Part shown: piece after piece, positions 41,630-55,760 of the stretch | Position numbering within the stretch: the stretch's first letter is position 1 | Layout: the number at the start of each line of letters is the position of its first letter | Assembly (NCBI GenBank): GCA_951406725.2 | Contig: OX597828.1 | Span: 37,262,001-37,326,000, forward strand | Origin: Octopus vulgaris | Taxonomy: Eukaryota | Direction of reading: 5' to 3' | DNA length: 64,000 bases | The notes under the pieces: model-generated | The model's input: the letters and a program-made list of their open reading frames with translations, nothing else | The model's database searches: none | What the model was told of the DNA's origin: nothing | Made by a program: the position numbers and the translations under genes

Positions 41630-42090
41630 GTGAAGTAGCGCATTCGACGGAGGTGCTCTTCTTTAAATTTCCTGTCGTAATGTGAGTTCATCTGATTATC
41701 TCAGATAAATATTTGTCCAAAAGTTCTTTGAATACCTCTAGTTCTACACCTCTAAGATGCCTGAAACTGTTAAGCAGTATTTTGGAAAATTGTGGGTCCT
41801 TCAATGCTAAGCTGATACAGTACTAATTCCTTATTCTCGATAGAGGCGACAAGACCTTTGCTACTACACAGTGCTATCCAATACGCTGACTGGTATAACT
41901 TTCAGACCGAAACCTGGGAGTATATCTTTCGCGTCTTCTCTCTAGGGGTGGAGCTTCAGTTCCTTGGCCCCACCCAGTTGCTCATCAGTTGCACCATGTC
42001 AATCTTTTTAATGTTGTGGCGATGGATTGTGTCGAGCTCCGCTGTTAGTTTCATACTTTGTGGTGACCACATTTAGGAGCAGTATTTATC
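41630..42090 (-). mobile_element. CR1-group LINE ORF2 C-terminal remnant
   Basis: WSPQ...KELKLHPLERRRERY ... VFKELLDKYLSEI.DELT...RRAPPSNAL, with stops and frameshifts. Confidence 0.7.
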
Positions 42091-42272
42091 GTTTTCAAAA
42101 GTCCACAATGTATGTGCTTGAGAATATATCTGTCATATACTATACTTAAGCATGTTAACACTAACATGATTGGCTTCTCAGAATGCATACTTTTGTATGG
42201 GAATTTACATGCATGAATATGTATATATACATGCTTAGATTAAAAAGGAAAATCTATTGTGCATGCCTATAC

Positions 42273-42325
<53 letters not shown>

Positions 42326-42505
42326 CTTGTCAATCTGTAAAGATGTGTAGTGACGTTGAAATTTTATTATGTAACTGCGTTGCGTGATTCCGTTTCTGTG
42401 TGTTTGATACAATATATGTGTGCTCGGGCGTTACATACATCGAAACATAGAAAGATCCATACATGGAAACATACATACGTACATACATTCATGCATATAT
42501 ATATA

Positions 42506-42577
<72 letters not shown>

Positions 42578-42706
42578 TACATACATATATACACACATAC
42601 TCAAAAACCGTTTCACATACATGCAAACACACACACACACATATATATATGCATGAATGTATGTACGTATGTACGTATGTATGTTTCCATATATATATAT
42701 ATATAT

Positions 42707-42745
<39 letters not shown>

Positions 42746-43854
42746 ATGACAAAGGAACAGGAACTACGTAATCAACATCTTCAGCTTACGTCTGTTTTCT
42801 TCTAAAAGAGGCAATGCAATCGCTTTCTCGAAGTCATTGGCATGAAGGGTATATATATATAGGCATACATTCGTACACGCATACATTATACATACACACA
42901 TACACACATTATATACATGCATATACATATGCATACACGCATATATACCTACATAAACATGTGTGTATACGTATGTGTTCACGCATGCATGCATATGTGT
43001 GTATGTGTATGAGTGTGAATGTGCATTCATTCTAAATTCTATTGCAAACCAGCTTCTGTGCGTACATGGATGTAAAATACCCATAGAACTCAACTGTGTA
43101 TAGGTTTATATGTGTGTGAATGTGTATGTCTACGTTTATCTATGTGTATGCTAATTGGCATGAGACCCAATTGTATACGTGTATATGTGTACTTTTGTGT
43201 TTGTATAATCGGGCATATCGACATGGCGCTCGTCTGTGCGTGTCTGCCTCGGAACATGCGCAATGCTTACGTCTTTATGAGCTTCTACGTGAGGTCGTTT
43301 ATGCCTTATCTGTATGCATATGTATGAGTGTCTCTGTGTGTGCGTATGTGTGCATGTATTTGTGTGTGTATTTCTAGGTTTGTATGCAAGCGTATCCTGA
43401 CATGAAATTCAACGCTTAAAAAAAAAAAAGGGGCAAAGAACTCACAAAACAAGACAGAAAACAAAAAGAAGTAAATTCACCGATGTTTCCTAATCAAGGT
43501 TAATAAACTACAGTTCACTACTCAGACTGACAGATCTATTTTCATGTAACACCTTTCATACACCTTACTTGCTAGACATAGTCTACATCCTCACACCCCA
43601 CCACCACCACTATCCCCACTACCCTCACCAGCCTACATCTCTGGTTTCCGACCCACAGCTACAGGCAGGTGTTACAGTCACGTCTTTGACGTTAATTAAC
43701 GGCAGATCGACGGAGCATCGTCACAGAATCTGTAATTGAATTCTTTATTCTTTCGTTCTTTGACTACAGTTTTCAATCAGTGGTTTCTGATTTAGGCATT
43801 AGGCCAACAGTTTCGATGAGAAGTATCTCTCTCTCTCTCTTCCTCCTCTCTCTC

Positions 43855-43929
<75 letters not shown>

Positions 43930-44014
43930 GATAATATATATTTATATATGCATATATATATATATTATCGAAAATGGAGCTCGAATATCTTATAAACCTA
44001 TAAAGCTTCTACTG

Positions 44015-44218
44015 GAGGCACAATGCCTCAAATTAGGAGAGAGGAGACTAGTCAATTACATCGACCCCAGTGCGTAACTGGTACTTATTTAATCGACCCC
44101 GAAGGGATGAAAGACAAAGACAACCTAGGCGCAGTTTGGACTCAGAACGTAGCGGCAGCCGAAATGCCGCTAAGCAATTCGCCGGGCGTGCTAGCGATTT
44201 TATCCACTCACTGCCTTG
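44015..44218 (-). mobile_element. SINE family B, diverged
   Basis: CGACCCCAGTGCGTAACTGGTACTTATTTAATCGACCCCGAAGGGATGAAAG. Confidence 0.8.
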
Positions 44219-44282
44219 CTATAAATATTTATATGCAAATAAGGAATTGCAAAACTACATCTTTAGCTTTCTGTAATCACGT

Positions 44283-44350
<68 letters not shown>

Positions 44351-44378
44351 TATATATGTATTTATATATATATATACA

Positions 44379-44413
<35 letters not shown>

Positions 44414-44421
<8 letters not shown>

Positions 44422-45352
44422 CAACAATTGAGGGTAAAATTAATTAGTTATTAATCAATTTCACCAAGTATTCAGTATGTAAAGGGACCATTTAAGGCGA
44501 ATTCAAAATATTACATTGTATAAAAGGGCTTAGTAAAATAAATTACTTTGCCACATACTGAACTCATTAGAAATAGCAGCCAAAAAAAGATTTTTTTAGC
44601 CATTTCTAATACTTAAAGAAAATTTCTCTCAGATAGTGTTTACTCAAAATAACCCACGAAGGTATGGGGGTAAAAAGATTAAAAAATCACAAGTGCAAAG
44701 ATTATTTGAGAACGTACGTTTCTAGATCAGCCAAATACAATTCGACATTTCTTTCGTCAGCCCAAAATTTCTTAATTCGGATTTGGAAACACTGAAAGTA
44801 GGAGCATACCCTTTTGGCGACTTTTCACCTCAGAAGATCCGTTCAAACTAACAGTGCCAACAAATTCAAAATATGCAAGCGAAGAATTCCTGCTCTCCCC
44901 CTTCCACCCACGTGGGTCAGACTAGTAAACACCATATTTTATCGGTGAAAACCGAGGCATTAAACAGAGAGAAATGAATTATAATTTCAACAATTGAGGG
45001 TAAAATTAATTAGTTATTAATCAATTTCACCAAGTATTCAGTATGTAAAGGGACCATTTAAGGCGAATTCAAAATATTACATTGTATAAAAGGGCTTAGT
45101 AAAATAAATTACTTTGCCACATACTGAACTCATTAGAAATAGCAGCCAAAAAAAGATTTTTTTAGCCATTTCTAATACTTAAAGAAAATTTCTCTCAGAT
45201 AGTGTTTACTCAAAATAACCCACGAAGGTATGGGGGTAAAAAGATCAAAAAATCACAAGTGCAAAGATTATTTGAGAACGTACGTTTCTAGATCAGCCAA
45301 ATACAATTCGACATTTCTTTCGTCAGCCCAAAATTTCTTAATTCGGATTTGG

Positions 45353-45354
<2 letters not shown>
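44414..45354 (-). mobile_element. Non-coding partial tandem (566-bp period) with two hammerheads: retrozyme / non-autonomous PLE candidate
   Basis: 44414-44788 and 44980-45354 are near-identical ~375-bp direct repeats around a ~190-bp unique spacer, flanked by (TA)n. HHRs lie at 44705-44766 and 45271-45332. Confidence 0.8.
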
Positions 45355-45450
<96 letters not shown>

Positions 45451-45514
45451 GTATTTATATATATATATATATATACATGAATATATATATACATACATAT
45501 AATTATATATATAA

Positions 45515-45546
<32 letters not shown>

Positions 45547-45683
45547 ATATACATATATATATGTACATATATATTCATATATATATATATATATATACAT
45601 ATATACATATATATACCTATACATATATATACATACATGAATATACATATATATACCTATACATATACATATATATATACACT

Positions 45684-45783
<100 letters not shown>

Positions 45784-47221
45784 TACATACATTTTGATCG
45801 AAGCTCCAACAAGTACAAACAAGTTCTGCAAACGATAATGTCATCTTCATATAATCTATGTATACTTGGCCTGAAGAGTAGCTTGAGATCGATCGCCACA
45901 TTTTATTAATTTACTACTTCTGAGGTTCCGTTAGCTATGAAACATATATGTAGCCTGGGATTTATTCACTCTATTCCCTAATTTTTGAATGTTTGTTCAC
46001 TTATATAAAGAAGAAAAAAAAACTTTTGCTAACCAAGAACTATAAAATCAACTTTTTTCCGCTTATCGTACTTCGATGCGGGAAAAATTCACAACCTTCT
46101 GCGCCAATCAATCACTCTGGATCCTGAAAGTTGTTTTTTATATCTTCTACTGTTTGCTTGAAGCTTACTAACTTCCTACACCTTGCTCCTCGGATATTAC
46201 CTTCACACATACACACGAGTCTTTTGCTTTCTCTATGTCCCTTCGTCGTTCTGTGCCGGTGCGTTTTGGTACACCCAACCACACACATACACGTACATTA
46301 TGTAATCATTTCTCTAAAAATTCCTATATTGTAATTCATCAAAATATATTTTCCGTAGCGTAAACTCTTGCTAATCTGTTCTCGTTTTCGAATTGCCATA
46401 CTTCAAAATATATTTCACCTGTTGTATAAATGATATGATATCTTATATAATATAGCTTCCTTTGCTCTAAATTGCCTTTCCTGCAAACTTGTCAGCTGTA
46501 CCGCATAGACATACCAACTGCGTAATTGCGCAACTAATTACTCGTTGTGTTGAATAAATTGGACACAAATAATTCTTCTCGTCATAACACTTCCGTAGTG
46601 GCGAGCTGGCAAGCTAATTAACAGAACATTGACATAGAATTGGTATTATAGTATTAAACTTACATCTTTTCCTTCCAAATTTGATCGATCCTATTTCGTC
46701 ACACGGAAGCATTACATGAAAATGATAGAGATATCACATTCTTCATCATGGTAAATTCGAGCTGTGCTTATGGGTAGTGCATATTTCACAGGTGAGAAAT
46801 CGTAATGGCCGAGCAAGTGCAAAGTACACAGTTGAACACAAACACGAAATTGTGTCTGGTTAAAAATTTATCCAGTTAACAAAGGTCCAAAATTGCAACA
46901 ATAGATCCCATTAAAATTTACCATTGTAAGTAGCCAAAACTGGAACAATATATCCCATAAAAATTAACCATGAAGAAAACTAAAATGTGTTTTTTTCTGG
47001 GGGAATTGATACGTGGATCGGACTTCATCGTTTCGGTCAGTGACCGTGGTGGTTCAAGTAGGGTCAACTCATTTTAGTCTGCGGGCACAAAATCAATACG
47101 GAAAGAATAAACCCCAGCAAATACTGGATAAAATCAAAGCGTCATATCGGATTACCGATAGAGCGAAATGCAAATATTAATTGATCTCTATGTGTATGTG
47201 TCTGTGTGTGTATGCACACAC

Positions 47222-47263
<42 letters not shown>

Positions 47264-47665
47264 ATTGCGAGTAATAACCTTAAAGGATTCATCGGTTTAA
47301 CACCCAACTCACGGCTAATGGAGTCCCTTAGTGCAAAGCAAAACTACGAGCATGGAGTTATTTGAAACTTTTAAAGACAAATTCCGGTTTCTGATTCTAA
47401 TGAGGGAGACCTTGACGAGGGTCATTAGCATTGCATTTTCGTTTCTACCTAGGACACGAACACACACACACACACATACATATACACACACATATACACA
47501 CACATATACACACACACGCAATATAAGGTGCATATATGTAAATATAAATATATGCATGTAAGTATAGATATAAATGGGTATAAATCTCTCTCTCTACGCG
47601 CATACACACACACACACGCACACGCACGCACACAAGCACACATACACACACACACAAACTTATAT

Positions 47666-48052
47666 TGGCTGTGTGGTAAGTAGCTTGTTTACCAACCAAA
47701 TGGTTCCGGGTTCAATCCCATAACGTGGCACCTTCGGCAAGTGTCTTCTACTATAGCCTCGGGTCGACCAAATCCTTGTGAGTGGATTTGGTAGACGGAA
47801 ACAGAAAAGCCTGTCGTATATATGTTTATATATATATATGTGTGTGTATATGTTTGTGTGTCTGTGTTTGTCCCCGCACCATCGCTTGACAACCGATGCT
47901 GGTGTGTTTACGTCCCCGTAACATAGCGGTTCGGCCAAAGAAGCCGATACGATAAGTACTAGGCCTACAAAGAATAAGTCCTGTGGTCGATTTACTCGAC
48001 GAAAGGCGGTGCTCCAGCATGGTCGCAGTCAAATGACTGAAACAAGTGAAAG
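47666..48052 (+). mobile_element. SINE family A
   Basis: Colinear with 8367-8777. Confidence 0.9.
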
Positions 48053-48180
48053 AAAATTAAGGAAAGGTATATAGAAATACACAAACGTATCTATATCTAT
48101 CTACATATTCACCTATATATCTACTTATCTTTCTCTCACCCCAATATACACATACACACACACACACATACACACACACA

Positions 48181-48398
48181 CAGAAACGTTAGCACGCCGG
48201 GCGAAATGCGTTGCCGTATTTCGTCTGCCGTTACGTTCCGAGTTCAAATTCCGCCGAGGTCGACTTTGCCTTTCATCCTTCCGGGGTCGATATATTAAGT
48301 ACCAGTTACGCACTGGGGTTCGATGTAATCGACTTAATCCGTTTGTCTATCCGTGTTTGTCTCCTCTGTGTTTAGCCCCTCGTGGGTAGTAAAGAAAT
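48181..48398 (+). mobile_element. SINE family B
   Basis: Colinear with 61110-61342. Confidence 0.9.
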
Positions 48399-48891
48399 CT
48401 ATATGTATGTATGTGTGTATATATGTATATCTACGTACATACACACAAACATATATATATATGTAAATTTAGCTTTAAAGAAAGCAAGTACGTAGATGTA
48501 TGTATATATGTGTTGCGGTCTATCTATTGTTAATATATGTGTGTTAATGAACAAACTTACGCGCACGCAGACAAGCGAATTATTTTCGCGTAGTGTTTAG
48601 TAATAATTTTACGTTTATAAAATCCTGTTCTCGTATGATGTCTCATTATGTTGTGTCTCTTAATGAAATTTAATTTTGTATTCAGCATGGATCTTAAATG
48701 ACAATATTACATTAGCTTAAAGTAAACAGCTGTAATTTCTATTAAAACACAAACGTGAAGTCACTCTTTCCTTCACTCTCTCTCTATTTTTCTCTCTCTC
48801 TATTTTTCTCTCTGTATGTATGTATGTATGTATGTATGTATGTATGTATGTATGTATGTATGTATGTATATATATATATATACGTACATAT

Positions 48892-48922
<31 letters not shown>

Positions 48923-49161
48923 TGTGTGTGTATATATATATATGTATATATATGTATATATAGATGTATGTATATACATATATATATATGTATATATACA
49001 TACACCTATATATATATATATATGTATATATAAATGTATACATACATGTATATATGCATGTAAATATATATATGTATGTATGTATATAAATGCATACATA
49101 TATATATATACATACATACACCTATATATACATATATATTTATATATACATACACCGATAT

Positions 49162-49195
<34 letters not shown>

Positions 49196-49359
49196 GCATA
49201 CACCTATATATACATATACATATTCATACATATTAATATATAAATATAATTATTAATAAATATATATGTACATATGTATATAAATATATGTATGTATATA
49301 TATGCACATACGTATTTATATATATGTATATACATATATGTGTGTATATATATATGCAC

Positions 49360-49395
<36 letters not shown>

Positions 49396-50052
49396 ATGTG
49401 TGTGTATGTCTGTGTGTGTATTTATAAATGTTAATGCGTTTGCTTGTGACGATACACGCAGTAAACAAATTTACAAACATGTTGGATGTGTTTGAAATAA
49501 TGTTATTTGTTTTAAATATATCGGTTTTGCTTTATATCCATAGTCTTTCTTTCCGTAATTTTGTTTTTGATTGATAATTATAATTTTGCTGTGTATGAGT
49601 GTGTTTATGTTTGCGTGTGTGTGCGTACGTACGCGCGTGTGTGTGTATGTGTGTGTGCTGTGTACGTTTGTTTGAGCATGCGCTTCTCTGTGTACAACTG
49701 GAGTTATGCTGTAATAACATACTTTACTAACAAAACATGTAATTACGTTCGACCAAATTATTTTCTTTATTCAGTGTTGCGATAGTTGTGTCATTTCTTA
49801 CTACTTTTTTTTCTTTCCATTTCGTTTAGTCTCACGTCTCTCATTTATGTTCTCTCTGTGTCTCTCCTTTTAATGTAGATATATAGATAGCTAGCGAGAG
49901 ACATAGAGATGAGGGGGAGGTAGTTAGCTACCTAGATTGGGTGATAGTTATATATATATGTGTATGTGCCTATACACACATATATGAATACATACATACA
50001 TACATATATATATATATATGTATGTATATATATATATATATATATATATGTT

Positions 50053-50105
<53 letters not shown>

Positions 50106-50787
50106 GTACAGACAGACAGAGACGCGCACACAGACACACACGTATATATGTGTATCTATATATCTATCGATCTATCTATGTATCTATATATCTATCGATA
50201 TATCTATGTATATATATATGTATATACATATGTATACATGTATATATATATATTTATAGGCACACTCATACACACACACATATATACATACATACACATA
50301 AATATGTACATATATATGTATATACATATATATATATATATATTCATATTTATATACACACATATCTATATGCATAAATCTATATGATATATTACTATTC
50401 ATATATACATATATATGTATGTAAATATATATGTATACATGCATGTGTGTGAACGAGTTCACACATATATAAACGTGAATGAGTATGGAGGAAGGCGTGC
50501 GCATGCATATTTGTGTATGCGTGCATGTGTTGGTGTGCATATGCATGTGCATGTGATGGTGGGTGTGCCTGTACGAGTCAAGAATGCATGTGTGCGTGTG
50601 TGCGTGTGTGTGTGTGTATGTGTGACCGTGTGTGCATTGGAGTTGTAGATTCTCCTTATTAGAGTTTATATATTATTAACGACTCTTTTTCTGTTAACGT
50701 ATAATTTCAATTTTTATATTCATTTACATATTTTTTTGTATATGATTACTCGCTGGCACTGAGGCAAACAGCAGTAACGACTACAAT

Positions 50788-50793
50788 AATGAC

Positions 50794-50826
<33 letters not shown>

Positions 50827-50868
50827 AATAATAATAATAATAATAACAATAATAATAATAATAATAAC

Positions 50869-50906
<38 letters not shown>

Positions 50907-50925
50907 TAATAATAATGATAATAAT
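50788..50925. repeat. (GAT)n-(AAT)n microsatellite
   Basis: Directly visible. Confidence 0.95.
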
Positions 50926-51276
50926 GTAGTAATATTACTAAATAATTATAACAGGCGTTATTGTTGTTGCTGTTGTTCTTGTTGATACAACAATAAACAT
51001 GATAATAACAATAAGAAAAAATGGAAGTATTTGTTGGCAATTATCTGAGTAAACCAATAGGTTTCATGCAAATCAGCCTCGGCAAACGAATCTTCATATT
51101 ATGCTGTCTATCCTCCATTCTGTCATACATACATACACACACACACTCGCGTGCAGATGCTTGATTGCATATCATACATACATACATACATAAACACACG
51201 CACGCGCACACATACACATATATAGATATATAATTGTGAATATCTATCTATATGTACATACATAATTATACATACA

Positions 51277-51356
<80 letters not shown>

Positions 51357-51840
51357 AATGTATATACATATATATGCTTATATATATGTATATATATATA
51401 TATTTGTATGTATATATGTACATATATAATTGTGCGTATATATATCTATCTATATTATTATGTATATATATACATATATACGTATATATATGTATATATA
51501 TATGTATATACATATATGCGTAGATATTTCTACACAAATGCAAAGAAATATATATGTTCATGTTTGTGTGAGTGTGTGTATGTGTGTGGAGGGTATATTT
51601 ACTTTCTATACTAATCTTTCGAGTTTGCGTATTTAACACATTTGTTTATGTCATGTAATTCAGGTGAATATGAAAAGAAAAGAAAATAAGGAAGCGTATA
51701 CCGTTTCAATTGCTACCAGGTTTTTCTTTGTCGATTCACGAATATGTATATATAGATTCATCTGAGTACCTTCTTACTTCTAATATATTCATATATATAT
51801 ACATATATATAAATATATATATAGGGAGAGATACATATGT

Positions 51841-51893
<53 letters not shown>

Positions 51894-52151
51894 CGTATAT
51901 ACATACATACATATATATGTACATAAATATATGATATATGCATATATATATCTATATATGTATGTATATATATATGTATGGATGGGTGTATGTGCATATA
52001 AATACGTTGGGGGTACGCTTATCTCTCGAGGGCTCAGTCACTTGCACGCTAATTTTACGAGCAGGCAGTTCCGTTGATCGGATCAACCTAGGACATTCGT
52101 CGTCATAACCGGTGAAGTGTCAGTTGATATATATATATATATATATAAGTA

Positions 52152-52317
52152 TAGGTGTAGGAGTGGCTGTGTGGTAAAAAGTTTGTTTTCCAACCACGTC
52201 GTTCTGGGCTCAGTCCCTCTGCGTGGTACCTTGGGCAATTGTTTTCTACTATAGCCTCGGGACGACGAAGGCCTTGTGAGTGGATTTGGTAGATGGAAAC
52301 TAAAAGAAACCCGTACT

Positions 52318-52364
<47 letters not shown>

Positions 52365-52530
52365 CATGTCTGTGTGCTTTCCCCCCTACCATGTCTTCAC
52401 AACCGATGTTGGTGTGTTTACGTCCACGTAACTTGGCGGGCTTACAAAGAATAAGTGCTGTGGTCGATTTGTTCGAATAAAGGCGGTGCTGCAGCATGGC
52501 CGCAGCCAATTGACTGAAGGAAGTACAAGA
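52152..52530 (+). mobile_element. SINE family A with internal deletion
   Basis: Colinear with the 8367 copy. Confidence 0.85.
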
Positions 52531-52532
52531 AC

Positions 52533-52591
<59 letters not shown>

Positions 52592-52599
52592 CATGGTAA

Positions 52600-52654
52600 C
52601 ACGTGCTGAAGAAACTAAGGTTTTATTTTACCAATGCAGAAACCGGTCCGCGTG
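52600..52654 (+). ncRNA. Hammerhead motif in (TA)n-embedded element 52590-52813
   Basis: CACGTG-CTGAAGA-[weak stem II]-GAA-ACCGGT-C-CGCGTG, with a palindromic stem III and a GUC triplet. Confidence 0.7.
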
Positions 52655-52804
52655 AGTCCAAATACTTAAATGTATGTTAGTAGATGTTCTTAACCTGACT
52701 TTGCCTTCGTTTGATTTCTGTAGTCTTCATCAGTTTATTTTTGGGCGATTTAATGAGTTTTTACTGTTTTTTCTAGCAGGTAGACATACTTAGTATATCC
52801 TTTG

Positions 52805-52905
<101 letters not shown>

Positions 52906-53096
52906 ATACACTCATGTGTATGGATGAACGTCTGCACATGAATATTAAACGCTTCATTATAAGAATAATTTTATTTAATCAACATCTTTTCGGTGTTTGA
53001 TTACAATTTGAAATATGTTAACAAGCCGTCACTTAATTATGCATTTACCATGAAGAAGGGACCTCTCGACAGTTTCTTTTTGAGTTTTTGTGTTTC

Positions 53097-53264
53097 AAGT
53101 TCTATATTTTAGAGAATTATTTACATTATTTACATTTGACGGGTATTTGTTCTCATCTCGTTTGTTGTTAACACGACGTTTCGGCTGATATGCCCTCCAG
53201 CCTTCATCAGGTGTCTTGGGGAAATTTCGAAACTGTTTTCCCATTCCTAAGGTATTTTTCGTTG

Positions 53265-53342
<78 letters not shown>

Positions 53343-53377
53343 TCACTGCATGGAATCGAACTTGAATATTGGGGTTA
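53097..53377 (-). mobile_element. T-HHR element, head partly truncated
   Basis: B-box AGTTCGATTCC, (AAT)n, linker, and an HHR at 53170-53215 with a GUC triplet (GACAC-CTGATGA-A-GGCTG..CAGCC-GAAAC-GTC-GTGTT). Confidence 0.85.
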
Positions 53378-53430
53378 AGGAAGGATAGGAAAATATTAGA
53401 TTTATAAGCCCTAAAATTCACTCCATAATT

Positions 53431-53657
53431 GCACACGGGCATATGGTGTAGTGTTTAAGAGCGCGGGCTACTAACCTCAAGATTATGTGTTCTATTGCGA
53501 GCAGTAACCTGAATAATAACATCGAAAAATACCTTAGGAATGAGAACCCAGGTTCAAAATTTCCCCAAGACACCTGATGAAGACTGGAGGGTATATCAGC
53601 CGAAACGTTGTGTTAACACCAATCAAGATGAGGACAAATATCCGTCAAATGTAAATA
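53431..53657 (+). mobile_element. T-HHR element, full length, head-to-head with the previous copy
   Basis: tRNA-like head GGGCATATGGTGTAGTGTTTAAGAGCGCGGGCTACTAAC..., short AAT, linker, HHR at 53569-53614, tail. Confidence 0.85.
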
Positions 53658-55269
53658 CTGTTTTTGCCTTTATGTTAGAATTCTCATTAGACAAAGGACC
53701 GTTCTGGCAGGTATAGGAGAGTTGAGCTCAATACAAGCACATGACTCATTGTATATGTGTTCGCCAATGAAATGAATACTCGTCAAGCAATGGAGCAAAA
53801 AGATTTCTTAAATCTTACATCTTTAAGCTTATTTCGTTATAAAACGGGATTGGCAGAACCGTCACAATGGCGGACAACACACATTGACGTAATTTCTCCG
53901 ACATTTTTTTTTTACGTCCTGTGTTCGAAGTTCGCCTACGTCAAACTTGGCTTTTCATCCTTTCAGGATCAATCGAGGTTATCGAGTAGGCTATTCATCG
54001 AATATAACCATTTTAAATTCTCTTTAATAGTTTCAGCTATAACCATTTTAAGTTTTTTGTGTATTTCGGATAGAATTATCAATCTGTCCTTCCTTACTTT
54101 CTATGAAGGTTGCCGGACATTTGACTGCTATTTCCAACATACTATATGTCCCGCTTAGATGCACATTTGTTAACTCGTGCAGTCTTCTATATTTAATTCT
54201 GCTTTTACTTCTGAAACCCATATCGTTGCTTCTTTCTCGTTTACTTTTAATGTTATTTAAATTACTTTTCCAAAAGTATTTGTGAGCTCATCTCAGCTGT
54301 TAAATTATTGATGAGAGATGCTGGTTGGTCTACCACTGAATGTACTTTATTTTTTGTTTCCTTTATACGAGTATCTGTGATCAGAATAAACAAGGGTAGT
54401 GAGCTACATAGGGTACATAAAAGCGGTGAATATGCAGATTCGTTGGTGTATTGAACAAAGTGCATTTCAGTATATTTTGTAGCTCGCCGTGTTCTGAGTT
54501 CCAATCCCACCAAAGTCAGTTTCGTCTTTCGCTCTTCCCAGTTTGATAAACCAAGTTCCAGTTAAGGGTCATGGAATTACAGAATCTATGCATTCTGATT
54601 TCATATCCTACCGTGGTCTACCGAGTCAGCAGACTTAATGGGACACAATGATTATCACTGCCAAATTGGTCCTTGAATGCTAGTGTCCAAACTTGGTCCT
54701 TTAATGCTAGCGTCCAAACTGTTGTAAGGATTCGCACCAGCTTGCCAGCTTCAGAATTCAGAATACCTTATTCCGTTTCTCGTTCCCACTTTACTCGGAG
54801 ACCCTATGAAAGATGGTATGCGGTTACCTTTCTCGTGATTAAACCTAAAAAGAAAAAAAAAGAAAAAAACCGATACGCCTTATACTACACGAGGCAAAGA
54901 AGGAACCTCAACGTGGTTGCACCACCTCCTAGAAATAACAGCTAAGTCTTCTTAAAAAAAGAACAAAGCGAATATCATAAAAATGATACGGAAATGGTGT
55001 TATATCTTTAATCATAGATCTGCTTCATCTGAGAGGACCTTTGATTAAACAATAAAGACAGCACAAATATAGTTATACACATAATCATTATCCACTTAAC
55101 GATGTTAATCATTGCACTTAAAGATCTTTGGCAAGTGATAAAAACTGGATGGAACTATTATTGGTAACAAAGCTTCGAATCACGATTACATTCAATACTT
55201 ATGAGTCAATCTCTCATACTTATCAACGATAACAAATATTAGTCTTCCACGAATAAGTTTTATCATTGT

Positions 55270-55421
55270 TAGGGAGAGTTTACGAAAAAAAAAACAAAAG
55301 ACGAAGACAGGTGGTGTACAAAACAAGCAGATGTATTAGTATAACGCTCGGGAATAGAAAAAGTCTTTTACGTTTCGAGCCTACGCTCTTCTGCAGAAAG
55401 GGACACAGAAAAAACAAGGAG
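55270..55421 (-). mobile_element. Family H1 copy with best-preserved hammerhead (55363-55404)
   Basis: GTCCCTTT-CTGCAGA-A-GAGC-gtag-GCTC-GAAAC-GT-A-AAAGAC. Confidence 0.75.
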
Positions 55422-55760
55422 ATTTATTTAATCGACACTCTGAAAGGTCGATTTTCCCTTTCATCAATTTGCAGCCGAGCAAATAAGTATCACTTAAGTA
55501 CTGCGGTCGATGTTATCGACTAACCTTCTCCCCCAACATTTCGGGCCTTGTAACTAGAGTAGAAAGAATTATTGCCCTTATTACTTATTTTATCGACCTC
55601 CGAAAGGATGAAAGGCAAAGTCAAATTCCGTTGAGGTCACGTTACTTTTCATCCTTTCAGCGTCGATTAAATAAGTACCAGTTGAGCACTGGGGTTGATT
55701 TAATTGACTTTTTCCCTCCTCCAAAATGTCAGGCCTTGTGCCTATACTCGAAAGAATTAC
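55422..55760. mobile_element. Cluster of SINE family B fragments in both orientations
   Basis: CGAAAGGATGAAAGGCAAAGTC and TTTCATCCTTTC...AAATAAGTACCAG segments. Confidence 0.7.

Noticed and set aside
44414-45354. LTR retrotransposon or TRIM
   Set aside because: No TG..CA termini, PBS, PPT or TSD; the hammerheads point to a PLE or retrozyme instead.
53431-53510. tRNA gene
   Set aside because: There is no proper acceptor stem and it continues into a repeat body, so it is a SINE head. The same applies to the other A/B-box sequences.
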